Shown here: positions 23,550-36,300 of the stretch, in pieces
Numbering within the stretch: the first letter of the stretch is position 1
Layout: each line of letters opens with the position of its first letter
NCBI GenBank assembly: GCA_001643675.2
Contig: LSRY02000028.1
Location: 434,001 to 498,000, forward strand
From: Monocercomonoides exilis PA203
Lineage: Eukaryota > Protista > Preaxostyla
Direction of reading: 5' to 3'
DNA length: 64,000 nt
Program-made: the position numbers and the translations under genes
The notes under the pieces: model-generated
The model's database searches: none
The model's input: only the letters and a program-made list of their open reading frames with translations
Told to the model about the DNA's origin: nothing

Positions 23550-26500
23550 TTACGCGTTTTTGTGAGGATCCGAAACGTTTTTCTGTGTTTGTTTGAACTT
23601 TGGAATTCGAATGGGCGCAAAGCGAGAGAGATCTAGCTTTGTGCCTCTGTGAGAATTCAAAGAAGAGGACGGCTGAAGAGACAGACGGTGATGAACATTA
23701 TCCACCTGCCTTGGAACAGAAGGCACAGAAGAGTCTTTCTCATTTTCATCTTTGGTCGAAGAAACAAAGTTTATCTGCTCCTCGTTTTCATTCTCATTCG
23801 AGCGCTTTTTCTTGAACTGTGAATCAAATAAGACTGGGGCAGCTAATGAAGCAGGAAACAGAGACTTAGAATGCCTTGATTCAACCGTCATATTTGTGAT
23901 TCTGCTCTCCTTTAAAGGTGTTTCCTTGTGCAAATGGGACGAATTCTCAACAGGGGAAGTGCCTTGCATTGGTGATACCGAAGAGATTGAGGAAGGATTT
24001 TTCTTCTGATGCGTACTGCGTGTTTTTTTGCTTGTTGCATCATCCAGCGTTGATGACTGAATTGGAATAACAATTGTTTCATCATTCTTTACTGTTAATG
24101 AACTAGGACTTGTAAGAGAATCTGAAGGAGGACAAGTTTTGCGCATTATGGATGGCCTGCGAGTTTGAGACGGTGACGATGAAGACGAAGTTATTTTGCG
24201 ATCAGATGTTGTGACAGCTGCAGAAGAACCAGACGAAGTCAGAGGAACTATCGAATTCAGCCCAGAAGGAAAAGACGGTGATGTCGAAGGAAAGGCCATT
24301 GGTTGTTTGTGATGATGGAGATCGGCTCTCCTCTGAATGGGTGCTGCTGTTGCGGAAGCGGATTGTGCATGCTCATCGACTGCAGTTGATCCAGTTGAGG
24401 ATGTTTCAGTGGATGACGTGTCCTTGATAGACTCTGTGCAGTCACTTGGGGTGTCTTTGATCTTGGCACTTGCCTGTGCAAAACCCGATGAAAGAGAAGG
24501 CGCTGGGGACAAGGAATTGCCAGAAGAAGTACGAGAAGTCAGTGCACTGCGTGAAGAAGGAGTCACAGGGCTCGTTGCATTTGGAGTGTTGCTGAACTGT
24601 GTGTCGCTTAAAACGCTGAGTGTGCTGGCAGCAGAGCGAGGAGTTTGAACAGGAGGCGGATATTGCAGATTAAGAAGCTTGCCATCTGAACGGTTGACTT
24701 TATGAAGTTGTTCTGAATGAATTTGACTCGTTTTTGACTTTTGTGAATGTGTTGATTGTTTTGAAGAAAGCGAGGAGGAAGCAGTAGCAGAAGAAGGAAT
24801 AGAGGATGAGGAAGAAGAAGTCGACGCTGAAGAGTTTACGGAAAATTGCTGTGTGATCGAAGGAGAAGGAGACAACGAAATAGAAGAAGAACGTGCAGAG
24901 GATGTAGAAAGAGGGGAAGCTGGTCGAATATCTGCTGGATTTTGGGCTATTAACTCCTGTGTTGGGATCTGTGCATGTAATGGAGACGAAGCACGAGAAC
25001 TCGAACTTAATCTTTTTTGCTTCGTCAATGCAACATCAGATGAAGGAGAGCGGACATTCTGTCGCTTTACGTGGCATCCATACTCAACTTCAAACACCCT
25101 TACTTTGTCTTTGAACCCTTTTAGGGATTTTGGGGAAACTTCAATCGTCAGTACGTCCTTCATGTTTGCAACCAGAGCATTTGTTTCTTCAGAAATGAGG
25201 ATTTGCAACGGCTCAGCAACAGAACACAGACGAGATGCAAGATTCACCGCATCGCCAATCATTGTGTATTCCAAACGCTGAGTTGCACCTAAAAACCCAG
25301 CAATGGCTTTTCCAGTGTTGATCCCGATGCCAAGCTCGAAGTTGAAGAAAGGCGGATAAGCAAGCTGGTCTTCAGCGACTGACAGAGGCGAGGACGATCT
25401 GATTGCAGCAATGCTCTTCTTGTACTGCGCAAACGCTCTGTCGTACTTTTCTTTTCTTTCTTTGTTCCACTTCCAGATGGCCTGCCTGCACTCCAATGCA
25501 GCTATCACCGCCCTTGAGGCAATTTCCTGTGCAGAAAGCGTCCGATGCTCTTCCAACAGCGTTCCTCCCCACGTCACCATCATCATGTCGTCAATGTACT
25601 TGTCCAAAACACCATCATGACGGAACACACAGGAAACCATCTTGTCAAAATACTCATTCAGAAATGTGAACTGCTCAGAGTGTGTTTGGTGGCGGTAGAT
25701 CCTGCTGACGCCCTTTGGCTCTGCAAAGAAGATTGTTCCGTGCTGCACTTCAACGCAATCTCGCTGCATCAACTGAGCACTTGACATCGTCCTGTTCAGA
25801 GTGGCAAGCGATGATGAAGTGCTTGCATTGAAAAAGGGAAGCGAGGATGATGGGGATGGCTGATCTCCTGGTCGGAGGATGCGCTGCAGCAGTCTTTGCG
25901 GCAAAAAACGAGAAAGAGATTCATGTTCTTTCTCTTCCTTCAACACTCTATTCAACAATCGCTGGTTAACAACAACCTTTCCGATAGGTGCAGCGACAGA
26001 CGTGAGGAGCGAAAGGTCCTTCTTTGAGAAGGCGTCCTGCTGTGAGGAATCAAGCACCAGCACCCCAACAACCTCGCCCCCTCCAATCAGCGGCACCGCC
26101 AGCGTCGACCGCGTGTCCATCTGCACAATCGAATGAGACAAAGTCCACCGATCGTCGGATTGGCAGTCCCGTGATAGGATTGCCTGCTTCTGCCGCCGCA
26201 CATACTCTACAAGCTTCGACGAGAACACAAACTCTCCTTCTTTGTCTTCGCCGTCCCGCTCCCGCAGACGCGACGCAGCGAGCTTCATCTCTTTCTGCTT
26301 CTCCTCTGCCAGCAGCACAACTGCACTTTCAGCTGTGGGAAATAGTTGGAATAACACATCCTAAATGAAAAAAATAGAATATAAGAAATAAAACGAAGTA
26401 ATAAACAGATGTGAATTAAATAAAAATGATTTGCTGCAAACCAAGCATCGAGAAATCATGTTATCAACATCCATATCGCTTCCAGTTCGATTGAAAAGAT

Positions 26501-27110
26501 ACGCAACTCTGAGCCGTTCATAATCCTGCCGAAGCGTCTCTGCATCTGTAATTTGTTCACTGGGTGGAAAATCTATGTTTTCTGTGTTCAGCTGAACACC
26601 TTCTTCCATTTTGAAAATACGCTGTGCATGTGAAGACTGCCTGGTTCTGACGCTTTCAGTGGAAATTGTGAAATGAAGAAAACAGGTGCCCAGTGCGATC
26701 ATGTCCCCAGAGACTATTGGCTCTCCGAGATTCTCGCGGTTCTCACCAAACTGAATTCCAGGATGTCGCAAGTCATCAGCGGGAACTGGCTCTCCTTCAG
26801 GCGTTAAATGTTCAATCGCTTCCACTTTGTTTGAATTGATGTATGTTTCGTTTGTACTTCCACAATCCTTCAAATAATACCGCCTCTGCAACTTGTATAT
26901 GACTGCATGAAATTTGGACACGGTTTGATCGGATATTCTTATATTGGCAGTTTTCGCTCTGCCAATCACTGTACGAAAGTTCTTGATTTTGAATTCTTGA
27001 GGCTTTTCATGAGTTGGATGATAAGTGAGGATTCCCACTGTGACAATCGTTTCACTTGCATCAAAAGATTCGGTTCCATAAGATTTATAATGCATTTTGA
27101 ATTTTGGCAA
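23550..27110 (-). CDS. FHA + GAF + class III adenylate/guanylate cyclase-like protein with a Ser-rich tail (2 exons)
   Basis: FHA: IGR.....I...D.TVSKFHA...LKDCGSTN. GAF: STLAVPL.GGGEVVGVLVLDS...AFSKKDL. Cyclase: LDKYIDD, LGIGINTG.AIAGFLG..QRLEYTMIGDAVNLASRL. Intron about 26361-26441. Confidence 0.9.
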
Positions 27111-27400
27111 GTTATTATCAATTTACGAAATAAAAACAACACCCAAATTATAACAGAATGATTTTTAACGAAGTTCTTCCAATTTCCACTGAAGCTCCAA
27201 GCGGGCAACAAAGCTTTTTGTTAATTCAATTCGATCAAAGGCATAACATTTTCTTGTTTTGTTATTTTTTCGATTTTTGCTGGTTTGATATTTTTCGAAA
27301 ATGACAGTTAAACATTATCACAATCACAAAAAATATTGCTGATTTTTTATTGTAGAATGAAACAAGATGATCAATCGTTGTAAAAATAAATTCTAAAACA

Positions 27401-28447
27401 ATGGATTATGATGATGAATGCAGCATTCACATTGGAACTTCTGTAGCTCATCCTCTGTTGCGAAAATCTTTATTGGGAAGAACAAAAGTAATTGCAACAA
27501 AAGGAATGAAAGGAAACGAAACATTTGGCAGACCAAGCCCAAAAGAGCAATATGGAGTTGCAGAGCGTTTGCATTTTTTAACATTTTTTTAAGTTTAAAA
27601 TAAAAATAAAAACAAATGTATTTTTTTGCATTTTGCAATGTTTTAAAGTTCTTCATCATGAAGAATTTCGAGATTTATCAAAAATTAGACACGAGCGTAA
27701 TTTTCGAAGACTTAACAAGGAAGCAGTAAAGGCTTGCGTTTTTTGGACTTTGAACAAAACGTTTCATATTTTTATTCTATCGTTTAGATGGGGGTCACAA
27801 CATCAAGGGGAATGTATGCCTTTCGATATGATCATGACTATAGAATTGAAACTCCAAAAAATACATGGGTCAGTCATAATCCTGGGTTATACGATCGAAG
27901 CTACACATACGGAATTTCTTCAAAACCAGAGGGAATTATGAAAACGCTTATTGAAGGAAGATATGGAAGCGAATGGCTCGAACGAACGGCTGCAAAAGAA
28001 CGAGCAAGAACAAGAAGTGTTCCAATGGTTTATAAACAATTTATTTAATGCATTTGCACGTGTTAATCATAATTTTTGTTTTAATAATTAATTAATCAAT
28101 ATTATATATGTTTGAACGAAATCAAGAAACGCCCCTATACAGTTGACATATATGCAAGGACTACTAAGAGAGGCGGGTTGGGTCATTCAACCAAGCATCC
28201 GCTTGAAGATGCACAAGAAGCATTTGCAGAAAAAGACAGGAAACTTGCAACCGCTTCATTCAGAATGCGGCAGTCCATCGACGTCAGACCCAAGGTGAGC
28301 ACACGTTGGGAGCGTCCTCCACGTCGGCTGCCTCGTTTGAGGAAAGATTGGACAACTGGAAAGATGATTGAGGTTGATCCAAAGGATGATACGGTTGATG
28401 TCTTCGGGCATTTGAAGTACGAGCGTTCAATGAAAAGAGATATTTGA
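27401..28447 (+). CDS. CFAP77: CFAP77-like (DUF4483) axonemal protein, 4 exons
   Basis: HPLLRKSLLGRTK...TFG.....YGVAE, RNFRRLNKEAVK.G.TT and TYGISSKP...MKTLIEGRYGSEW match the recalled CFAP77 pattern. Confidence 0.7.
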
Positions 28448-29291
28448 ATTAAAATAGAAGTCATCGAGCTCGCGAGATTATTGACAGAAATTTATTCAGC
28501 AAATAGATTTGAGAGGAAAATTAATTGCGTTTTGATTTTTTCTATTTAAATTTTCTAATATAACTTCAATTTTCAGTACTTTTTTAAATTTTTAACTTTA
28601 TGAATTTTATGTGATTTTTTAGCGCGTTTATTCTTTTGTTCATCAGATTAGTTTTTTTTAAAGCTATTTTGACTTTCGCTGTCATTGACAACATATTCCC
28701 TTTTGAAGTTCAATTCGTTTGTTGCATGTTACACAATGACATTAGGGAAATAAAAATTGAAACATAAAACGATTATGTGCCAAAAACTAATTGAAGTAAA
28801 GAGCACATAATTTTTAAGAACTTGTAAAACCTTGCAATTCCTCAGAGAAAAATTCTTCTTTGTAAGTGAATTTTCTTCATTTTTGAATTAGAATAATCCA
28901 ACAGTCAACAAAATTCAATAATATTCAAGCATAATATATTCTTCATATAATTTTTTGCTTCACATAAACATTATTTCATTTCTTCTATCCAAAATATATA
29001 ATTAATGCGCACCAAATGAATGTGTTTTCTGAGTAACGTGAGCGAGAAAGCGAGTCAAAATATCTTCCAATATCATCAATCGCATTTCTTTTCCTCTTCA
29101 AAAAAATCATCACAATATCAATCCTTCCAGTGAAATGGGAAAAGATGGCCAATTACTTTATCATCTTAAATACATTTGTAAAAAAATAAAAAAATTAATC
29201 AACATTTTAAAAATAAAAACCAAAAATACATAAAAAAAAATTAATTATCGCACAATTTCAGCAGCTTTTCATTTACTTTTATTAAAATATT

Positions 29292-30818
29292 TCAATTAGT
29301 TTTCTCATTAGCTTCATCATCGAGAAGATACTGCTTTCCAACAGGCGAAATAGTGTCTTGACTTGGAGATTGAGAGCGCGACTGAGAACGAGAACGAGAA
29401 CGAGACTTTGAACGAGATTGGGAGCGAGAAAGATGGCGAGAAGACGCCCTCGAATTCGAGCGCGACCTTGATTCAGAGTCATCGCGTGTGTGGTTCGAGC
29501 GCAACGCTGGGGATTGAGACCTCTTCCTCGCGCTTAGCTCGTCCTTACTCTCTCCCCACGACGACGAGTCCTGCACATTTGCATCTGCCCCCACGTCTCC
29601 AGTGTTCCACGACGTACCAGTCTCCGCACTCTGGCCCCAGCTGTCGCTTGTTTCTGAAGCTTTTCCATACGGATCGATTCCCCAGCTGTCATTCTCCGAG
29701 AAGCCCGATCTTTCTCTTCCTCTTCTCGGTCCGTGCTGGTCGCGCATTTTATCTTTCTCGTCTTTGCCAATATCCCAGTCGATCCGAATGGGACGACCAT
29801 CCAGCTCATATCCATGCATTTTCCTCATTGCCTCCTCTGCGTGCTCGTGTGTGTCAAATGTGACAAACGCAGTTCCTCGGCTCATTTTAGTTTGGTTGTC
29901 CACATTAATGACAACTTCCTTTACGACTCCTGATGTATTTGATTCAAACAACTTTTTCAAATCTGATTCTCTGGTAGTATAAGGCAAATTTCCAACAAAT
30001 AAGTAGGTTGATGTTGCAATTTGCTCCAATGTGAACCGTGAAGACTTAGAAGGAGGTGCTCTAAAAACTTTTCCGCTTGTCGATTCAATTGATCTTATAT
30101 CACCTCTCGAGTGTTCGTCTCTTGTATCGTATCTCGATTTTCGATGATACTCAGATCGCATTCCCTTTTCATATGGCATCATCGGTGGAAATCGAATCAT
30201 TGGGATTGGTCTAAAGGTTGGAGGAATTGGAATAAAGGCACCTCTTCTTGGAGCAGGAAATGGCATCATCATTGGAGGTGGAAGAAAATGATGCCCGTGA
30301 AAATAATCAAATCTATCATCATAATCACGCGAACTTGAACGGCTTTTATGATTGTGATGCTTCGTGCTGTGATGATGGTGGCTGTGGCTTTTGCTAACTT
30401 TTTTAGTGGAACTGCTTCGATGCCTTCGCTTACTTTGTGAATCTGAAGAATGTGATGAAACAGATTTGCTGTGATTGTGTTTGTGATGATGCTTTTTGGA
30501 GGTTGAGCGTTTACTCCTGGAAGAAGAATGTTTTTTATGCGATCTGTGGTGTTTTGATGATCTTTCATTTCTCTTTGGAGATTCAGAGGGCGAGCGTGAT
30601 TTAACATCTCGATAATTTTCAGTTTGATCCACTTCTTCGTGCGATGATGAATGTTTTGATTGATGAGAAATTGAATGACCGTACATTGATCTCATTGGCA
30701 TTGTTTGCTGAGGATAAAAAGAAACTGGATATCCTGACGCTCCTTGAACCCCTGGCTTTTGCCTGTAAGAATGTTGCATATTTGGAGAATAATGAGACTG
30801 ATACTGTGGTGAGCTCAT
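29292..30818 (-). CDS. SR-like RNA-binding protein (RS/His-rich - RRM - RS)
   Basis: RNP2 LFVGNL, RNP1 RGTAFVTF, GYELDGRPIRIDW, and C-terminal SRSRSQSRS repeats. Confidence 0.85.
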   Translation of the reverse strand: MSSPQYQSHYSPNMQHSYRQKPGVQGASGYPVSFYPQQTMPMRSMYGHSISHQSKHSSSHEEVDQTENYRDVKSRSPSESPKRNERSSKHHRSHKKHSSSRSKRSTSKKHHHKHNHSKSVSSHSSDSQSKRRHRSSSTKKVSKSHSHHHHSTKHHNHKSRSSSRDYDDRFDYFHGHHFLPPPMMMPFPAPRRGAFIPIPPTFRPIPMIRFPPMMPYEKGMRSEYHRKSRYDTRDEHSRGDIRSIESTSGKVFRAPPSKSSRFTLEQIATSTYLFVGNLPYTTRESDLKKLFESNTSGVVKEVVINVDNQTKMSRGTAFVTFDTHEHAEEAMRKMHGYELDGRPIRIDWDIGKDEKDKMRDQHGPRRGRERSGFSENDSWGIDPYGKASETSDSWGQSAETGTSWNTGDVGADANVQDSSSWGESKDELSARKRSQSPALRSNHTRDDSESRSRSNSRASSRHLSRSQSRSKSRSRSRSQSRSQSPSQDTISPVGKQYLLDDEANEKTN

Positions 30819-30987
30819 GTCTGCTTCCGCTGTATTTTTTCTTGTAGATTGATCAATAAATTATTTTTTTCTTTATTCTCTTTTCTCATTTGCAACTTCT
30901 ATTTGTTATTTTTCGATACATGAAATATTTATTGTTGATTATTTCACTTAACAGTGTTTTGACAGTTTAAAGGAACCTTAATTAGTG

Positions 30988-32756
30988 ATGAACAATATAA
31001 AAGATGGATTTTTGAACGAAGTTGAGTTTGGAGAAGCGCCACTGCCATATCTGCGTGATTGTTTGACGCCAGAAATTTTAGAAACGCTTTGGATGCTTCC
31101 ATCTGAAGATGAAATGCGAGAAACTCTCGAATCAGACATTTTCAATTTTGGCGATTGGCTTTTCAGAGGCGATAACAGGGCAGATATATTTACCGACTTT
31201 TATCATAAAGTGATAATGTTCGCTCAGTATTTCTCTTATTATTGAAGATTGAAGAAAATTTATTTTCCTTTTCAAGGTTTTGTAAGAATTCAGGCTTTAC
31301 TCCATCAACAACATGCGCTTTTCTTCACATATTTTCTGATGTAGATATGCAATCGAGAGGTTTGCTAATCCATTTTTAAAAATATTCAGAAATACAACAT
31401 TGCAAAATTAATAAAAATTACATTGAACAGCCCAGAAGCTATCGATTGATGACAGCCTTTCCCTGCTGAAAAACAATGTTGTTGTACCTTATGTTTTTCC
31501 TGTTAAAGTTCCTGATGTTGTTGAAGATTCTCGACCTGTGTCGCGGTTGACAATCCAAACGCAGAAAGAGAACTCTTCGTCCTCAACCCTGCTCCCCTTA
31601 ACTCCTGGAAAAGATATATCTGCCTCAAAACCGACAACACCAGAACCAAAAAAGAGAGCAGAAAAAGAAGAGAAGAGAGGGCAAACGCCTAAAGCTAAAA
31701 GGAAAGGAAAGAACGCAAAGAAGATAGAAGTTGAAGAAGAACAGCAAAATCCTTCAGAATTATCTGATTCGTTGCTAAAAGACTCATCTGATAATTCAAA
31801 GGCAACAGAAAGCGAATTTAAAATTTCTAGCGATCATGAATCATCAGCATTATCAAGTGCGTCTGCATTTCATGAGAAAGCTGTTCCAAAAGCACTTGTT
31901 GTGACGTTTTTGCCGAATCAAGTTGAATTGTTTTGCTCTTATGTGATGGACAGCTATTATCGCAATTACAGACTGTTTCAGCGTGTGTTTAATGGGAAGC
32001 CGCGTTTAACAAAGCACGTTTGTCCTTTTCTTTTGTTTTTGCTTTTGCCTGTGCTCATGCTTTGCTTCTATAAAAAAATTTTTTCTTCATTTCATTCAGA
32101 ACTGTTTCAAGCAAGTTATTCCTTCAGTTGCGTTTCCACCTCTTTCATCTGCAATTACTTTAAAAGAGCATCAAGAAATCATGGAGAAGGTGTGCAATTG
32201 GTTTTGTTCTCAATTGCAATCAATGCTTTTTTTAATTATTATTATTATTTTTACTCGACGCTTTCTGTGTGTGTTTATTCAGAAACGATTGGAAGAAGAA
32301 GAAAAAGAAAAAGAGCTGGAAGCAGAGTCCTGGAGGAGGAACGAAGCAAAGCAAAGGGCGGAAATGGAAAAGGAAGAGCATGCAATGAGATGTGTGATGC
32401 AAAAGGTATTGTACTGACTTGTTTGGATAAATGATCTCAATTCTGATTTATTATTATAATTAATATTTTTTTTTTTTTTTGCAACAATTCAGGAAGCTGA
32501 AATACAAGAATATGAGAGAAGAAAAGAAATTGAAGAATCTGAAAGACTTTTACCAAAGCCGGTGCTCGACAAAGCTGTTCAGGATATTATTGATGCGACG
32601 ATTATGAAAAGCGGAGAAGAGATTGACTCAACGCTTTCAAATCCTCTTCAGCAAATGCTTCGAGACATTCTATCGGATATAGCAACAAAAATTAACATTG
32701 AAAATCAAGAAAGTAAAAAAGAAATTGAAAAGGTCACCAAGAAGAAGAAGAAATGA
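30988..32756 (+). CDS. CFAP119/CABCOCO1 (C1a-32, CLAMP) family flagellar protein, multi-exon
   Basis: DIFTDFYHKVIMF|..FCKNSGFT......FL.I and F.PNQVELFCSYVMDSYYRNYRLFQRVF, with a coiled-coil C-terminus. Confidence 0.65.
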
Positions 32757-32867
32757 ATCATATTCGTTTTTTCTTAAACTTTCAATTGTTTGATCATTAA
32801 CCATATCATTTTCACTTTTTCATTTCATTAGATTTTTCTTGAAAGTTCACGTCATTATACATTTCAT

Positions 32868-33278
32868 ATGGATATCATTACGAAAGCACAAAATGTTTTA
32901 AATGTTTTGTCATCGCAATTCATCGATGCACTTGGAGAATATCCAAGAAAAGCAGAAGAAACATTTAAGTCAAAACCACAGGAGAGCCAAATTCTGATTG
33001 TTCAACAAGCAGAAGCAATTATGAAAAATATTTTGCAATGCAGCGTTGAATTTGATGGGCTTGCTGATTCCATCAGATTTCTTGGAGATGAAAATAATCA
33101 ACGCGAAAGGATTATTGAATTAACAAAGGCGCTAAAAGAGGCCGATGAAGAAATCAAAGATCTGAGCACTCAAACAGAGGAAATGTTAGGTACTTTGAAA
33201 GCAGAAAGAGAAGATCTTGTGCAATCATTTCTTGGAGAATACCAAGCTCAATCGTCATCCGATGATTCCGTTGAGTAG
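32868..33278 (+). CDS. MED21: Mediator subunit 21 (Srb7)-like
   Basis: MDIITKAQNVLNVLSSQFIDALG, A..I......FDGLADSI and a C-terminal coiled coil; 136 aa. Confidence 0.7.
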   Translation: MDIITKAQNVLNVLSSQFIDALGEYPRKAEETFKSKPQESQILIVQQAEAIMKNILQCSVEFDGLADSIRFLGDENNQRERIIELTKALKEADEEIKDLSTQTEEMLGTLKAEREDLVQSFLGEYQAQSSSDDSVE

Positions 33279-33396
33279 CCTCCTTCTATGATTTTTTTAA
33301 TAGCATTTAATTTTAAAACTTGTATGTATAAGTAAATAGAAAATTATATTACAGATAATGATTGTTTTTGAAATGAAAAAAATAAAAGTGAAATGC

Positions 33397-36300
33397 TCAT
33401 TGATTGAGAACAAGTTCTTGAAGAGAGAGTTCCTCGATAGGAGGATTTCTATCAAAAGTGAGATGAATAACAAATGCTTCCTGCAAGACTATGTCAATTC
33501 CGTCTTCTGCGCTTATGAAAATAGCAGCAGATATTTGACATGGTTGAGAATGTGGAACAACATGAAATTCTATGGAAAGCATTTCATTCGGATGAAGCTT
33601 TGCATGCTTTCCTGTTAGTAGCAAAAGATCTGGACGATCTGTTGAGAATATGAAATTGTGTGCTTCTTTGAATTGATTGTAAAATATAAGATGCTGTGGA
33701 AATGATTTATTCAGAGGCACGGACAATGTAAACTGTTTGTATTGTTGAGGCATTGAACAGTTGCTTGTTACAAACAGCATTCGCTTGATATCTGCAGTGT
33801 CCTTCTCCATCATTGTTATCACACCTCCGCGGCGGCCTGGCAGCAACGAGCACAACACATAATTCACTCCTTCGCCTGGAGAGCCAAGACCACCGTCTTC
33901 AAACAGCGAGTCTCCACCTTGTGTCAATCGTAGCTCGCTTGAGGCTGGCGATATGGCAGACGGCCCCATCCCTCTTTCCATCCGCTTGCTCTGGGCAGCC
34001 CTGCGTATCTCGTTGACAATCTCAATCGGGATTGCTGAAGCGATCAGATGGGAGAGCGGATTGGCGTGGAACACAGGAAGTGTCGGAAGTATTTCTCTCC
34101 GAAGGTCAAACGCCTCAAATAGACGAACAGAATCGCCAACGAGAGAAGAGATAGAGAGATGCGGTAGATGGCACACGACGACCTCCCAAATCTCAAACAG
34201 CGATCCTCCCCATTCGTCGTTGAACAGCGCCACTTTGAAGCGGAATGGCTGGAAGCACGGGGCAGCGGGACAACGGAAGCGTATCGACTGGAGAGGAGCT
34301 GGGGAGTATGTGACAAGCGACTCGGCAGCAATGCCAACAGAAGAAGTGGAAAGAACGACTTTTTTGATGGATGCCGAGGAAGATGAAGAAGATGATGATG
34401 AAGTCAGAGAAGAAGAGGAGAAGACTGAAGGAGATGTGGCAGATTGCAGCTGTGAAGAAGCAGAGATTGGTGCTGGCGAATACGAAGTGAAAGGCTGAGG
34501 AAATGGGATTGATATGCTCACTGCGGAATCAAGAGGCACGCCTTCTGGCTGGAAGAAACGGAATGTTCTGTCGACAGTGTCGTTCGAAGGGCAAACAACC
34601 ACATGGCTTGCTGCAACGACGCTGCTGCTGAATCTGTCAGAGATGGCAACCTGATAAAGCGACGGGTTGATTGCGGGGCTGTCTGAAAGAACGTCTCCGC
34701 CTGGGTTTCTCCTCTGACTTATGCCTTCGGTGCCAAAGGAAGGATACAGCCCCAGAGCGGTTGGTGGTGCTGGTGACGTGGAGGCCGCTGAGGCAGCATC
34801 GATCTGAAATGCGGTGTAGACTTCGCCGCCGTTAAATGATTGGTACAGCAATGGAATCAGTACATTAGCACGTGGCGGGACTTTGAATGAAGGCACTCTC
34901 TTTGTTGTGTCGTTGATGGAGGATGGGAAGCTCGGGCGGGACGAAATAATTGTTTGACTCATTTGTGAAGATGAACCAGACATTGAGGAAGAAGAAGAAG
35001 AAGAAGAAGAAGAAGAAGAAGAAGAGGCTGATGCAGAGGAAGATGATTGACTGCCTTGAGAAGGATAGACGAGAGAAGGAGGCCCCTGAAGGGTGTCTGG
35101 ATAGTACAGCCCCTGGAAGTATACTGCTTCTTCTTCAGTCAGCACAAACAGCTCCAACTGAGAAGAGCCCGAAGAGCGAGCATCGCTGCTTCTGCCTCTG
35201 CTTCCGTTGGCTGTGCCGCCGCGTGTTATTTCAGCGACAGACACTTCGATCGTCATTTCTTCGGAACGAGGATTGAAGAACGGGATTTGGATGAATACTG
35301 GGCGAGCAAAAGAAGGATAGATCACTTTGGTCACACAAGATTGGGCGAATGCAATGTTTTCAAGCTGCTTCTCTTTCGTCTAAAATTGAGTCAAATGAAA
35401 TAATCATAATCAAAAATTAGCATGAAAGGGGGAAAAAATGATATCCAAAACAATGAAACAAATTTGTTGCAGAAGAACAATAAATCGATGGAGGGAAAAA
35501 AAGCAAAGAAAGAAAAAAGAAAAAAAAAAAAAAGAAAACGAGCAGATAGCACATACTAATTCTCTCTCCATTCTGACCGAAAGCGACTGTCTCCCGCTGC
35601 GTGCGATTTCCGCCTCCGACGGGACAGCCGCCTCTTTTGCCGAGGCGCCCGAAGCCTTCGCGAGCTCCGACACCCAAAAGCCGTTCCGCGGGTTCAGTGT
35701 ACCGAGCGAGAACGAGCGGGCCTGGGCGACAGAGCTGAGCTCGCGGAGGAAGACGGGCAGCGGCAGCGCCGGGTGCACCCGCCGGTGTGTCACTGAGAGG
35801 TGCAGCTTGCCCAGGCACTGACTGTACGGCGGGGGTGTGTTGCTCAGGCGGTGTGGGGACAGCATGATGTGCTGTTGGTCTTCGATGGTGGATGACTGCG
35901 GTGGAAGTGTTGGCCATATCCCAAGCTCAAAACGAAGCGTGGTCTCGTTGGAGGCTGAAAAATAAGTTAAAAAAAAGAGAGAAGATTGAAAGAAATAAAG
36001 TGGAGAAATAAAGAGATAAATATGGATATTCAATGAGAAATAAGAAACGTTTTAAGTTATGATTCATTCAATTTACAAAGAAAAGTTCTCAAAATTTTCA
36101 AACCTTCCACCTGTGACGCATCCACAAACGGAGCAAAGCTTGCGAGCGGGAGTGAAACAGAGCCGAAGTTGATGCCTGTGTTGAAGTCGAAGATGTCGAT
36201 GAGCAGATTGCGCGAAGAAAGATACTCTGCCAACGTCAGCGGGGTGTTGTGGGGCGTCGGCCAGCGGTCGTCAATCAGAGGAAACGGAAGTTCCTTCACG

